In this document: positions 38,288 through 48,042 of the stretch, piece after piece | How the letters are laid out: every line of letters begins with the position of its first letter | Numbering within the stretch: the first letter of the stretch is position 1 | Assembly: GCA_963762255.1 (NCBI GenBank) | Contig: CAVXKA010000001.1 | Location: 1,248,001-1,312,000, forward strand | Reading direction: 5' to 3' | Length of the DNA stretch: 64,000 bases | Origin: Candidatus Eiseniibacteriota bacterium | Lineage (GTDB): Bacteria > Eisenbacteria > RBG-16-71-46 > JABDJR01 | Notes under the pieces: generated by a model | What the model was told of the DNA's origin: nothing | The model's input: only the letters and a program-made list of their open reading frames with translations | Database searches by the model: none | Made by a program: the position numbers and the translations under genes

Positions 38288-38926
38288 ATGAAATCGTGGA
38301 AACTGTTGCTTGTGACGCTTGCCGCGCTGTCGTTGATCGTGGTTGCCCTGGGCTGCGGCGGGCGGAAACTCCCCGAGGCCAAGCAGGATGAGGCCAAGAG
38401 CCTTCCCGATGGCCATCCCCCCGTCGACGGCTCGGGCGGGGCGCCGATGATGGGATCGCTGGGTTCGGACGGGCCCACCGACGACAACCCGCTGCCCCTC
38501 AAGCTCACCGGCATCAACGGCGTGGAAGAGCTCAAGAAGGGCAATGCGTACCCGAAGAACGAAGAGGCGCGCAAACTCTACGAGGAGGGGTATCGCAAGA
38601 CCTTCACCGCCGACCCCGCGAAACGCGACTACGTGGGTGCGGAGGCGGATCTCAAGAAGGCGATCGAGCTGGAGCCCGGGTACGCCCACGCCTATCGCGC
38701 GCTCGGGTACGCGCAGTTCAACATGGGGTTCAACGTGCAGGCCGCTCTCGACAACTACATGAAAGCGGTCGAGATCGATCCGAACTACGGGGAGGCCCAC
38801 TACGCGCTCGCGTTCATGTACGCGATGAACGACCTGCCGAAGGGCGCCGAGCACTTCAAGAAGGCGATGGAACTGGGCGTGCAGGACGAGCGGAACCTGG
38901 GCGAGCGGTTCTACAAGACGAAGTAG
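38288..38926 (+). CDS. TPR lipoprotein with LPxGHPP motif
   Basis: Lipobox ALG-C; LPDGHPPV; KAIELEPGYAHAY and AVEIDPNYGEAHY TPRs. Confidence 0.82.
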   Translation: MKSWKLLLVTLAALSLIVVALGCGGRKLPEAKQDEAKSLPDGHPPVDGSGGAPMMGSLGSDGPTDDNPLPLKLTGINGVEELKKGNAYPKNEEARKLYEEGYRKTFTADPAKRDYVGAEADLKKAIELEPGYAHAYRALGYAQFNMGFNVQAALDNYMKAVEIDPNYGEAHYALAFMYAMNDLPKGAEHFKKAMELGVQDERNLGERFYKTK

Positions 38927-38958
38927 GCACGCCTTCGCGCATCGAAAAGGGAGGCGCG

Positions 38959-39198
38959 GTGAAGCTCAAGTTGATCTACTGTTCCGCCTGAAACTACGAA
39001 CCCAAGGCCGTCAGTTTGGCGGCCGACCTGCTGCCCCATTTCAAAACAGACATCGAAGAGCTGACCCTGGTCCCCTCGGACGGGGGACGGTTCGAGATCT
39101 TCGTCGACGGCGACCAGATCTACTCGAAGCTGGAGACGGGGCGGTTCCCGGAGAGCCGGGAGATCGTCAAAGCCATTAAAGAGCGGGCCGACGCATAG
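38959..39198 (+). CDS. SelW/SelT/SelH (Rdx) family selenoprotein, CxxU; UGA at 38989-38991
   Basis: GTG 38959 with RBS GGGAGG: MKLKLIYCSA-U-NYEPKAVSLAADLL...LVPSDGGRFEIFVDG..IYSKLETGRFP. In frame with ORF 39016-39198. Confidence 0.9.
39006..39024 (+). promoter_or_regulatory. Putative SECIS hairpin of the Rdx selenoprotein
   Basis: GGCCGTCA-GTT-TGGCGGCC 8-bp stem (one G-U pair), 14 nt after the UGA. Confidence 0.65.
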
Positions 39199-39208
39199 GA
39201 GGAGAAGG

Positions 39209-39814
39209 ATGCAAGGATCGTTGCGGGTTCTCTTGGGGATGCTGGTCGTGGCGCTGTTTGTGGGCGGTTGCGCCGGCAAGACGGTGACCCGGGTCGACTC
39301 GGACACCACCATCGATCTTTCCGGACGTTGGAACGACACGGACTCCCGGCTGGTGGCCGAGGAGATGATCCAGAGCGCGATGAACGAGAACTGGTACACC
39401 GACTGGATGCAGGGCCACGGCAACAAGCCGACCGTCATCGTGGGCACGGTGCGCAACCAGACCACCGAGCACATCGCCACCGCCACCTTCATCGGCGACA
39501 TCGAGCGCGCCTTCGTGAACTCGGGTCGGGTCCGGGTGGTCGCGACCGCTCAGGAGCGCGGGGAAATCCGCGACGAGCGCGCCGATCAGGGCAAGTACGC
39601 CTCGGACGAGACCATCAAGCAGTTCGGCCGGGAGCAGGGCGCGGATTTCATGCTGATCGGGAACCTCTCCGCCATCAACGACAGCGAGGATGGCAACGAA
39701 GTGCGCTTCTATCAGACTGACCTCACCCTCGTGAACATCGAGACCAACGAGAAGACCTGGATGGGGCAGAAGAAGATCAAGAAGTACGTCGGTCGCGGGA
39801 AGTACAAGCCCTGA
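39209..39814 (+). CDS. lpoB: Penicillin-binding protein activator LpoB-like lipoprotein
   Basis: Lipobox VGG-C; IDLSGRWNDTD, VRNQTTEHI, GADFML.G, FYQ..LTLVNIET..KTW.GQKKIKK. Confidence 0.82.
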   Translation: MQGSLRVLLGMLVVALFVGGCAGKTVTRVDSDTTIDLSGRWNDTDSRLVAEEMIQSAMNENWYTDWMQGHGNKPTVIVGTVRNQTTEHIATATFIGDIERAFVNSGRVRVVATAQERGEIRDERADQGKYASDETIKQFGREQGADFMLIGNLSAINDSEDGNEVRFYQTDLTLVNIETNEKTWMGQKKIKKYVGRGKYKP

Positions 39815-39831
39815 CGCCGGGGCGACCCATC

Positions 39832-41193
39832 ATGCGCGCGCGTTGCGCGTCCGCGCTGGCCATGGTCCTCCTTGCGACCGGCTGCGCGGGCGGCAAGCTC
39901 AACACCGGTCTCTTTCAGGCGGACGTCGCCGCGGGGCGCTACGAGGCCGCCATGAAGCAGCTCGAGTCCGCGAAGAAGGACGACGTCAGCGTCCTCCTCG
40001 ACCGCGGGCTCGTGCTGCAATCGCTTGGCCGCTACGACGAATCCAACGAGGCATTCGCCCGTGCCGAAGCGCTGATCGCGGATCTCTACACCCGCAGCGT
40101 CAGCAAGGAAGCGCTCTCGCTCCTGACCAACGATCTCGCCGTGGACTACCGTGCCGCGGGATACGAACACGCCTACATCGCCTACTACCGGGCGTGGAAC
40201 TACCTCCAGTTGGGCAAGGAGAGCGACGTCCTCGTCGAGGCGCGCGCCATCAACGAGCGCCTCAACTTCCGAGCGGACTCGTGTCCTGATCGCAACGGCG
40301 CCTGCGGCCACGACGTCTTCCTGCGCTACTTCAGCGGGCTTCTCTTCGAGTGGGGAGGCGAGGTCAACGACGCGTACGTGGCCTACAAGCAGGCCGATCT
40401 CGCCCGCGGCACGCTCGAGGCGTCCTACGGCACCCCGCCGCCGCCCGACCTGGGCGAGCGGCTCGTGCGGCTCGGCCTGCGCATGGGCTTCGACGAGGAA
40501 GCGCGCACCTTCGCCGCGTCCTACGATATCGACATGGATGCGGTGCGTCGAACTCCCGGCTCTTCCGTGGTCGTGCTCTTCGAAAACGGAATGATCTCCC
40601 GCCGCGAAGAGACCTCGCTCACCATCCCTATCTTCAAGGGGGAACGGGATCAGATCCGTCGCGACCGCGACACCTGGGCGCGTACCCTCTCAGCCCGCTC
40701 CCACGAGTCGTACTCGGCGGGCGAGTTCGAGTACCTCCTGCACGTCGCGATGCCCAAGCTGGAGGACCGCCCCCCCATCGGGGCGCAGGCCGAGTTCTCG
40801 CTCGGAACGGAGGAGTCGCGCACGCAGGTTGCGGCGCCGCTCGCCGCCATGGCGGGCACCGCGTTCGAGGACGCCATGGGGGGGATCCTGGTCCGCGCCG
40901 TCGCCCGGGCCCTCGTCAAGTACCTGGCTTCCGAGGCGGCCGAGGACAAGAGCGAAGTGGCCGGGTTCCTGGTGAACATCCTCGGCGCGGTCACCGAAAG
41001 CGCGGACACCCGCTCCTGGCGGTCGCTCCCGCACGATATTCAGGTGGCGAGCCTGGCCGTGGAGCCCGGCGGCTACGCTGGAACGCTTACCGTGCGGGGG
41101 GCCGACGGTCGGACGCTCTCCCAGCAGACCTTCCCCGACATCCGGGTTCCCAAAGGAGGGATTGCCCTCGTTCGGTTCCGTTCGGGGTTGTAG
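39832..41193 (+). CDS. COG3014-type TPR lipoprotein (LpoB-associated)
   Basis: Lipobox ATG-C; YDESN..F..AE, LVEAR, ESADTRSWRSLP. Confidence 0.8.
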   Translation: MRARCASALAMVLLATGCAGGKLNTGLFQADVAAGRYEAAMKQLESAKKDDVSVLLDRGLVLQSLGRYDESNEAFARAEALIADLYTRSVSKEALSLLTNDLAVDYRAAGYEHAYIAYYRAWNYLQLGKESDVLVEARAINERLNFRADSCPDRNGACGHDVFLRYFSGLLFEWGGEVNDAYVAYKQADLARGTLEASYGTPPPPDLGERLVRLGLRMGFDEEARTFAASYDIDMDAVRRTPGSSVVVLFENGMISRREETSLTIPIFKGERDQIRRDRDTWARTLSARSHESYSAGEFEYLLHVAMPKLEDRPPIGAQAEFSLGTEESRTQVAAPLAAMAGTAFEDAMGGILVRAVARALVKYLASEAAEDKSEVAGFLVNILGAVTESADTRSWRSLPHDIQVASLAVEPGGYAGTLTVRGADGRTLSQQTFPDIRVPKGGIALVRFRSGL

Positions 41194-41220
41194 TGACCGG
41201 TCGGTGACGGACGAGTCGCG

Positions 41221-42141
41221 CTACTCGAGATCCCAGCGACCGGGATGGTCCCCATTGTCGCCGGCGTGCGTCGGCGACGCCTCGTCGGAGGGAAGCTCCG
41301 CGAGAACGCGATCCCAGTCCATCAGCTCCGCGGTCTCGGAGGCATCCGTGCTCAGCGCCCGCAGACCCGCCCGTTCGCGGGAGTGGCGGGAGAGGATCTC
41401 CTCCGCGAGAGACTGAAGCGCCTTGCCGGCACGGCTCCGCGCTCCCGTCACGGTGGGCTTCCCCTTCACGCTTTCCTCCGCGACGCGGATGCTGCGCGGG
41501 ATCACCGTCTGCAAGAGGTCGCGCGGGTACTCGGACGAGAGACGCTCGATCATCGTCTGCGCGTGCCGGGTCCGGCCGTCCACCATCGTCACCACGAGGC
41601 CCTCGAAGGTGAGTCCGGGGTTGTCCGCCGCCCGCACTTCCTCGGCCAGTGCCATGACGCGCGGCAGCGTGGCGAGGTTCATGGCCTCGGCCTGCACCGG
41701 CACCAGAAACCGGTCGGCGGCGATCAGCGCGGCTCGGGTCACGGGCCCGAGAGCGGGAGGGCAGTCCATGATGACGTAGTCGTAGTCATCCTGGACGGAG
41801 CGCACGATCGCGCGCAGGGCTTGAGGGTCGCGCTTGAGGGCTTCGAGGTAGGCCAGCTCCTCTTCGTGCGACCAGACGTTGGCGGGCATGAGATCCAGGT
41901 TCTCGCCGATGCCGCGCTCGGTGGCCTCGGCGCCGGAGAGTCCCTCGGTCAGGCACCCGAACAGCCCATGGTGGACGTCGAAGCGGTCGATCCCGAAGCA
42001 GCGGATGAGGCTGCCCTGGGGGTCCACCTCAATCAAGAGGGTCTTGAAGGTGAGTTCGGCGAAGGCCGAAGCGAGGTTGGCGGCTAGCGTGGTCTTCCCT
42101 ACGCCTCCCTTTTGGGAAGCGATTGCGATGCTCATCCCCAT
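41221..42141 (-). CDS. ParA/Soj family ATPase (no adjacent parB)
   Basis: ASQKGGVGKTT, VDPQG, MDCPPALG, VPVQAE, IPRSIRVAE. The ORF-track start (42447) is overextended. Confidence 0.9.
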   Translation of the reverse strand: MGMSIAIASQKGGVGKTTLAANLASAFAELTFKTLLIEVDPQGSLIRCFGIDRFDVHHGLFGCLTEGLSGAEATERGIGENLDLMPANVWSHEEELAYLEALKRDPQALRAIVRSVQDDYDYVIMDCPPALGPVTRAALIAADRFLVPVQAEAMNLATLPRVMALAEEVRAADNPGLTFEGLVVTMVDGRTRHAQTMIERLSSEYPRDLLQTVIPRSIRVAEESVKGKPTVTGARSRAGKALQSLAEEILSRHSRERAGLRALSTDASETAELMDWDRVLAELPSDEASPTHAGDNGDHPGRWDLE

Positions 42142-42492
42142 GGATCCAGTCCTCTCTCTCCTCGGTAATCCGCGGACGCGGTCCGGCGGTTCGGGCTGCG
42201 TCTCGTCTGGCCTCGCGGATAGTCTCAAGGCACGGTCGCGGCAATCCGGCGTGGCGAGAAAGTGCACCCGCCACACTGAAGCACCAATTACAGCGGAACG
42301 ACGCGGACTTGCATAGGTGGAAACTGACTCACCGGCGAAGAAGCGGTCGACCCGTGCGTCGCGAGAGGGTGGAGAGCGGGCGAGGACACTGCGGCGCGGG
42401 ACGAGGACTAGACATTTTCCGTCGATCACATCACTATGTTGCCCCAAGTGGCAGCCCGGCTCTGGAATCCAGTCGCAAGGGGGACTAGCGAG

Positions 42493-42864
42493 ATGGACAT
42501 CACCGAGGTCAAGGTTCGCCTCTGGAGAGATCAGCGTCTACGAGCTCTGGTGACGGTGGTCTTCGATGATTGTTTCGTGGTGCGCAACATCAAGGTGATC
42601 GAGGGGCGCGACCGAAAGCTCTTCGTCGCCATGCCGAGCCGGAAGATGCCGGATGGCCGGTATGGGGACATCGCCCACCCCATCACACGCAACTTCCGGC
42701 ACGTGATGGAAACCACGATCCTCGGAGCCTACATGGAGGAGTGTGAGGTCGCTCGGCGCGATCCCGCCTACATGGGCGGCGAGGCCGACGCCGAGGAGTA
42801 CGACGATTACGGCCCCGAAGACGAGGGGACGGCCCCCACGGGGGACTGGGCGCCGCAGAGTTAG
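42493..42864 (+). CDS. spoVG: SpoVG family nucleic-acid-binding protein
   Basis: MDITEVKV...FDDCFVVRNIKVIEG...FVAMPSRK...DIAHPI; acidic tail. Confidence 0.93.
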   Translation: MDITEVKVRLWRDQRLRALVTVVFDDCFVVRNIKVIEGRDRKLFVAMPSRKMPDGRYGDIAHPITRNFRHVMETTILGAYMEECEVARRDPAYMGGEADAEEYDDYGPEDEGTAPTGDWAPQS

Positions 42865-42876
42865 CGCGCCCCCGCG

Positions 42877-43689
42877 CTAGAGAGGGCTCCCGATCCCCCC
42901 GGGAACCCCGATCCCTTCCCCCTCCTTCCCGAACATCCGATAGAAGCCCCGCCTCAGGGATCTCGAGTGAATCCGTCCCACCAAGCCGCATCGCGCCGCG
43001 GCACGCTCGATCGCTCGTTGCGCGCCGCGCGTGCCGAGTCGCCGTCCGTCCCTCCTGGTGAAGACCCAGTCCCACGGCATGCACCCGTTGAGGTGGGCGG
43101 CCGCGGTCTCCACAAGGAACCGGGGAAGGAGCGCCTCGCGTCCGGGGCGACCGCCGACAGGGGGCACGCGCACGCGGCGGGTCTCGATGTCGACGTCGGC
43201 TGCGCAAAGGCGGAGCGCTTCGCCGAGGCGCAGCCCTGCGCCGGAGACGAGCCCGATCAGGAGTCGGTCGCGGGCGCTCGGGCACGCGGCGAGAAGACGC
43301 AGCACCTCGTCCCGAGTCGGCGCGGCAGGCGGGGGCGCCGCCGTCCTGGGCGCGATCCGCAGGAGAGGGGCATCGTCCGGTCGTTCCAGCACGGCGCGCA
43401 TGAGGAACCGCGCGGAGGCGCGGGCTTGCTTGAGCGAGGAGGGGCCGAGCCGATCGACAGCGGCAAGCTGGGCGAGTTCCCGGGAGAGCGCCTCCGCAGG
43501 CATTTCGGCGGGGCCCCGCCGAGAACTCGTCAGGAGCCGCCGCATCCACGTCAGGTAGATCCGGCGGGTCTCTCCGGCGAGTCCGCAGTCGGACATGGCC
43601 GCCGCGGCCGCGGCCAGGAGTGAGTCCGGGTCGAATTCGCGCAGGCCGGGCGCTTCGAGCGCGTGAACCAGTGGCTCTGCGAGCGACAC
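42877..43689 (-). CDS. Tyrosine recombinase-like protein (N-terminal SAM-like domain) lacking HxxR and catalytic Tyr
   Basis: TRRIYLTWMRR...SSLKQARAS..FL, DEVLRLL, GAGLRLGEALRL...D. Has RSLRRGF where HSLRHSF is expected, and ends before the Tyr box. Confidence 0.75.
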   Translation of the reverse strand: MSLAEPLVHALEAPGLREFDPDSLLAAAAAAMSDCGLAGETRRIYLTWMRRLLTSSRRGPAEMPAEALSRELAQLAAVDRLGPSSLKQARASARFLMRAVLERPDDAPLLRIAPRTAAPPPAAPTRDEVLRLLAACPSARDRLLIGLVSGAGLRLGEALRLCAADVDIETRRVRVPPVGGRPGREALLPRFLVETAAAHLNGCMPWDWVFTRRDGRRLGTRGAQRAIERAAARCGLVGRIHSRSLRRGFYRMFGKEGEGIGVPGGIGSPL

Positions 43690-43774
43690 GGTGCATCTCC
43701 CCCCCGCCGCGGCGCGGCGTCATCGACGCGGCGAAAGGGAGCAGGAAGCGGGCCAGACCCGGGCGGCCGGCGCT

Positions 43775-43835
43775 GTCAGTTGGACGGGATCCGCCGCGCC
43801 GAGACGGCCCGCGCCGTCAGTTGGACGGGATCCGC
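43775..43835. repeat. 20-bp direct repeat duplicating the SRPBCC gene 3' end
   Basis: GTCAGTTGGACGGGATCCGC at 43775-43794 and 43816-43835. Confidence 0.85.
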
Positions 43836-44371
43836 TCCTCGTGCCGGGGAGCGGTCTCCTCGCCCAACCGCGTGCCCAGGGCGCGCAGATACCCATCGAG
43901 CATGGAGTGATAGCCGAAGACGAACCTCGCCAGCGCCCGAAAGAGCGCGTTCTTGATCGTCCCGCGCTCGACCACGGTGAGGAGGGTGCCCTCTCGATCG
44001 GGTTCGATCGAGTAGGTCCAACTCCCGTTGAAGGGAAGGCCGGGATCGTCGACGCGCAACGCGAGGCGAACCGGCGGGAGCCACTCCACGACCTCGTAGG
44101 GGAGCGAGCCGGTCTGCCCGACCTCCAGCCATACTGCGCGGCCGTTGCGATCGGGAAGTCGCTCCATGCGCGTCACGTCCGGTCGCCACGAGGGGACGTG
44201 CTCGAGATCGGAGATGACCGCCCATACCGAATCGGGCGAGGCGGCGAAGCGCGCGGACGAGACCGCCGCGTGGTCACGGGGGAGGAAGAACCCGGCCGTT
44301 ATCAGCATCGCGATGAGCAGAACGGGCAATCCCATGACGAGGACGACCCATCGCAACGGACGCCTGGCCAT
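43817..44371 (-). CDS. SRPBCC/polyketide cyclase family protein with N-terminal TM
   Basis: ASPDSVWAVISD...PSWRPDV, PFNGSWTY.IEP...GT.LTV.E.G. Confidence 0.8.
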   Translation of the reverse strand: MARRPLRWVVLVMGLPVLLIAMLITAGFFLPRDHAAVSSARFAASPDSVWAVISDLEHVPSWRPDVTRMERLPDRNGRAVWLEVGQTGSLPYEVVEWLPPVRLALRVDDPGLPFNGSWTYSIEPDREGTLLTVVERGTIKNALFRALARFVFGYHSMLDGYLRALGTRLGEETAPRHEERIPSN

Positions 44372-44422
44372 GCGCGCTCCTTCCTGCGGCTGAGCGGGGC
44401 GCCTCGGCGCGCCCCCGCCGGG

Positions 44423-45439
44423 TCAGTAGCTGAACTTGCCGAGATCCACCTTGCCCCGGAATACCCAATAGATGATCACGGTGTAGGCCAGCACGAACGG
44501 CATCCCCGCGAAGGCGATGTTGCGCATGATGGCCAGGGTCTTGAGCGAGGACGCCGCGTTATAGATCGTCAGGCTGAAGGCGGGATCGGTGCTCGAGACG
44601 ATCAGGTTTGGAAAGAGCGCCGCTCCGAACAGGAAGGTCAGCGCGGCGATGGTGGCGCCCGACGAGATGAACGCGTACAGAGGGCGACCCTGGAAGATGG
44701 CGCGGGGGATGTTGGCGATGGCGAGCACGTTCAGCACGACCACGACCCAGATCCATGGATGCTCGCGGAAGTTGCGCACCGCGTGCGGGACCAGAACCAG
44801 GGTAACGATCGTGGTGAGCAGGTAGAGCACGAGGAAGATCCCGAACGTGCGCCACATCCAGCCGTGGATGCGCCGGTGCAGGTCTCCTTCGGTCTTGAGA
44901 TGCAGGTAGATGGCTCCGTGCATGGCGAAGATGGAGACCGCCAGTGCGCCCACCAGGAGCGCGTAGGGACGCAGAAGATCCAGGAGAACGCCGTGGAACT
45001 CCTTGTCCGCGCCGATGGGCAGCCCGAGCATCGAATTGCCCACCGCCACGCCGAAGAGAAAGGTGGCCAGCGTGCTCGCCGCGAAGAATGAGGAGTCCCA
45101 GAAGCGCCGCCAGGCCGCGCTGTCGTGCTTGCTGCGGAACTCCATCGAGACGGCGCGGAAGATGAGCGCGAAGAGGAGCACCATGAAAGGGAGGTAGAAC
45201 GCGGAAAACGCGGTGGCATAGGCGTGCGGGAAGGCGGCGAAGAGGGCCCCGCCGAAGGTCACGAGCCACACCTCGTTTCCGTCCCAGAGCGGGCCGATCG
45301 AGTTCATGAAGAGCCGCCGCTCGCGGTCGTCGCGGGCGAGGGGATGGAGGATCCCCACGCCGAGGTCGAACCCGTCGAGGATCGCGTAGCCGGTGAGCAG
45401 CACGCCGAGAAGGCCGAACCAGAGCAGATAGAGGTCCAT
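44423..45439 (-). CDS. cydB: Cytochrome bd ubiquinol oxidase subunit II
   Basis: YAILDGFDLGVG, IGPLWDGNEVWL, FAAFP, YWVFRGKV. Confidence 0.96.
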   Translation of the reverse strand: MDLYLLWFGLLGVLLTGYAILDGFDLGVGILHPLARDDRERRLFMNSIGPLWDGNEVWLVTFGGALFAAFPHAYATAFSAFYLPFMVLLFALIFRAVSMEFRSKHDSAAWRRFWDSSFFAASTLATFLFGVAVGNSMLGLPIGADKEFHGVLLDLLRPYALLVGALAVSIFAMHGAIYLHLKTEGDLHRRIHGWMWRTFGIFLVLYLLTTIVTLVLVPHAVRNFREHPWIWVVVVLNVLAIANIPRAIFQGRPLYAFISSGATIAALTFLFGAALFPNLIVSSTDPAFSLTIYNAASSLKTLAIMRNIAFAGMPFVLAYTVIIYWVFRGKVDLGKFSY

Positions 45440-45449
45440 GGCGATTCTC

Positions 45450-46946
45450 CTAGCGCCGGCCGGCGGGGTTCGGGCCTTGGGACGCGTCGGGGCCGGGGGA
45501 CGGCCCCGGGCTCGACCCCGTGTGCGCCTCGGTCATCGACTCGCCGCCGTGCGCGGCCAGCGCGGCGGCCGCGTCGAGCCAGCTCCGTCGCCTCGTCCCC
45601 GGCCCCACTTCGCGATACTCGTCCTCGGGTCCGTGCTGGATCTTGCTGTTGAGGACGAAGAGCCAGACCGTGAGGAGGAGCGCGTAGATGATCCCGAAAA
45701 GCACGATCGAGATCAGCACCTGCCCCGGGACGACGGCGCGCGAGACCGCGTCCGAGGTGCGCAAGAGGCCGTAGACCACCCAGGGCTGGCGGCCGACCTC
45801 GGCGGCGATCCACCCGAGCTGGTTCGCCGCGAAGGGGCCGAGCACAGAGAATACGAGCACCCAGAGGAGCCAGCGATGTCGCGGCAGGCTCCGCCGGCGG
45901 ATAAAGAACCAGGAGACGGCGCAGATCAGCATGAAGTAGAGGCCGAGCGCGATCATGAGGTGATAGGAGATGAAGGGGATAACGACCGGAGGACGGTCCT
46001 GCGGCGGGAACCGGTCGAGACCCGGCACCGGCTGCGTGGTATTGCCGTGCACGAGCAGGCTCAGGAGACCGGGGACCGCGAAGCCGAACTTCACCGTCTC
46101 GGCGCGCTCATCCACGATTCCCCAGAGGTGCATCGGTGCGCCTCCCTCGCCGGTATGGAAGTGGCCTTCGAAAGCTGCAAGCTTGGCGGGTTGATGCTCC
46201 GCGACCACCATCGCTCCGAAATGACCGGTGAGGGGAGCCGCGAGCGAGAACAGGCTCGCCAGCGCGAGGCCCACCACAAAGGACTGGCGCGCGAACTCCA
46301 GATGACGGCGCTTGAGCATGTAGTACGCGGAGATGCTCATCACGAAGAACCCGCCGAGGATGTACGAGCCGACGAGCACGTGAGCGAGGCGGGACATCGA
46401 CGAAGGATTGAAGACCATCGCCCAGAAGTCGGTGATCTCCGCGCGCGCGGCCGTTGCTTCGCCCACGATATGGAAGCCGGCGGGGGTCTGCTGCCACGAG
46501 TTGGCCACAACGATCCATACCGCGGAGAATGCCGAGCCGAGCGCGACCATCCATGTCGCCAGGTAGTGCATTCGGTCGGAGACGCGGTCCCAGCCGAAGA
46601 CCAGCACCGCAAGGAACCCCGACTCGAGGAAGAAGGCGAAGATGCCCTCCGCGGCGAGCGCGGAGCCGAACACGTCGCCCACGAAGCGCGAGTACGTGGC
46701 CCAGTTGGTGCCGAACTGGAACTCCATCACGATTCCGGTCGCCACCCCCATCGCGAAGTTCACCGCGAAGATCTTCGTCCAGAACTTGGCGGCGGCGCGG
46801 TAGCGGGGGTCCTTCGTCGCCATGTACATGGACTCGATGAAGACGAGCACCGCTCCGAGCCCGATGGTGAGCGGGGGAAAGATGTAGTGGAACATGATGG
46901 TGAGCGTGAACTGCACGCGCGAGAGAAGGACGGGGTCGAGCGTCAT
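45450..46946 (-). CDS. cydA: Cytochrome bd ubiquinol oxidase subunit I
   Basis: SRVQF...[38 protein letters not shown]. Confidence 0.96.
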   Translation of the reverse strand: MTLDPVLLSRVQFTLTIMFHYIFPPLTIGLGAVLVFIESMYMATKDPRYRAAAKFWTKIFAVNFAMGVATGIVMEFQFGTNWATYSRFVGDVFGSALAAEGIFAFFLESGFLAVLVFGWDRVSDRMHYLATWMVALGSAFSAVWIVVANSWQQTPAGFHIVGEATAARAEITDFWAMVFNPSSMSRLAHVLVGSYILGGFFVMSISAYYMLKRRHLEFARQSFVVGLALASLFSLAAPLTGHFGAMVVAEHQPAKLAAFEGHFHTGEGGAPMHLWGIVDERAETVKFGFAVPGLLSLLVHGNTTQPVPGLDRFPPQDRPPVVIPFISYHLMIALGLYFMLICAVSWFFIRRRSLPRHRWLLWVLVFSVLGPFAANQLGWIAAEVGRQPWVVYGLLRTSDAVSRAVVPGQVLISIVLFGIIYALLLTVWLFVLNSKIQHGPEDEYREVGPGTRRRSWLDAAAALAAHGGESMTEAHTGSSPGPSPGPDASQGPNPAGRR

Positions 46947-47031
46947 GATATCGGTCCTGTCGGAAGCGTCACTGGAAGGGGGTTGGTGGAGCCTACCGCT
47001 TGCCGCAGCGCCTGGCTAGCCACTCGCGGCA

Positions 47032-47047
47032 ATCGTAAAAATACGAT
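47032..47047. promoter_or_regulatory. Candidate ArsR operator upstream of cydA
   Basis: Palindrome ATCGTA-AAAA-TACGAT (ATCG-N8-CGAT). Confidence 0.65.
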
Positions 47048-47056
47048 GGTAAGTTA

Positions 47057-47368
47057 TCAGGCCGTAAGGGTTGCCACCAGGCTCCGGTAGCGGACAAGGG
47101 TCTGGCGGTTGAGTCGGTAGCCGTGCTGGCCGGACGAGGCGTCCATCTCCAGGAGCGCCGCCTCCCTTAGAACCTTAAGGTGTTGTGAAATAGTTGATTG
47201 AGCCAGTGGCAGTGCTCTGGCCAAGTGACCGCAGGTGCAGGCCTCCCGGGCGAGGACCTCCCTCATGATGCGCACCCGGGCCGGGTGCCCGAGGGCCTTC
47301 GAAAGCCGGGCCAGCTCGGATTCGAGCTGTTCCGTGGCCTCTGGTTTGGGGGTCCAGCGGATGTCCAA
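47057..47368 (-). CDS. ArsR/SmtB family repressor with CxC motif
   Basis: KALGHPARVRI...ACTCGHL...LAQSTISQHLKVLREA. TTG start with AAGGAGG RBS. Confidence 0.9.
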   Translation of the reverse strand: MDIRWTPKPEATEQLESELARLSKALGHPARVRIMREVLAREACTCGHLARALPLAQSTISQHLKVLREAALLEMDASSGQHGYRLNRQTLVRYRSLVATLTA

Positions 47369-47405
47369 CGCTATCCTCCTTGCGGGAGTGACGGTACATT
47401 CGTGT

Positions 47406-47421
47406 ATCGACGAAAGACGAT
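47406..47421. promoter_or_regulatory. Candidate ArsR autoregulatory operator
   Basis: ATCGACGAAAGACGAT (ATCG-N8-CGAT, flanked by T/A). Confidence 0.6.
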
Positions 47422-47597
47422 ATATTAGGAACTCGGGTTGGTCAAGCCCTTTTACGGGGCCCCGCGGGCCGGCGGATGTCCGACGCGATCCCCGGCGCAA
47501 GAGGCCCTATACTCTTGGCCTTCGATCGGCCTGCCCGTTTCCGGGGATTCAACCCGCGGGTGGCATTGTCCCCTATGCAATCAAGGAGACGTCGCAC

Positions 47598-47984
47598 GTG
47601 ATTCAGGTTCTCTTGACCGCGCACAGCATCAATCGCTGGCTGCTGATCGCCGTGGCCGTGGTGGGGATGATCCATGCCGCCATCCACCTACGCGGGGACG
47701 GCGCAACGAAGGGTCTCGGGAAGATCCTCGCGTTGGCATTCCTCGGCTTGCTCGACCTTCAGCTTCTCATGGGAATCGGATTGTTCGCCTTGAAGCCGGG
47801 CGTTCATCATGTCGCCGGAGCGCACGCGCTCCTCATGTTGGTCGCCATCGTCGCCGCCCACCTGTTCCGCATCAGCACCAAAAAGGCAGAGCCCCATCGG
47901 GCCGGACGGCTGGCGCTCTCGGTCTACGTGGTGCCGCTCGCCTTGATCCTGCTCGGGCTGACCGCGGTCCCCACCTCACGCTGA
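47598..47984 (+). CDS. Small four-TM membrane protein with conserved His (possible cytochrome b-like)
   Basis: HSINRW, DLQLLMG, AHALLM..A...AH. RBS AAGGAG. Confidence 0.7.
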   Translation: MIQVLLTAHSINRWLLIAVAVVGMIHAAIHLRGDGATKGLGKILALAFLGLLDLQLLMGIGLFALKPGVHHVAGAHALLMLVAIVAAHLFRISTKKAEPHRAGRLALSVYVVPLALILLGLTAVPTSR

Positions 47985-48042
47985 TGCTCTTGCCGATGCT
48001 CTTGCCGGCTCGCCGTTGTGGCGAGCCTCCGAAGAGGAAACG

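Noticed and set aside
42877-43689. Integron integrase with cassette array
   Set aside because: No IntI-specific insertion, catalytic residues missing, and no attC array seen nearby.
47983-48006. 12-bp tandem repeat GATGCTCTTGCC x2
   Set aside because: Short intergenic slippage duplication with no supporting context.
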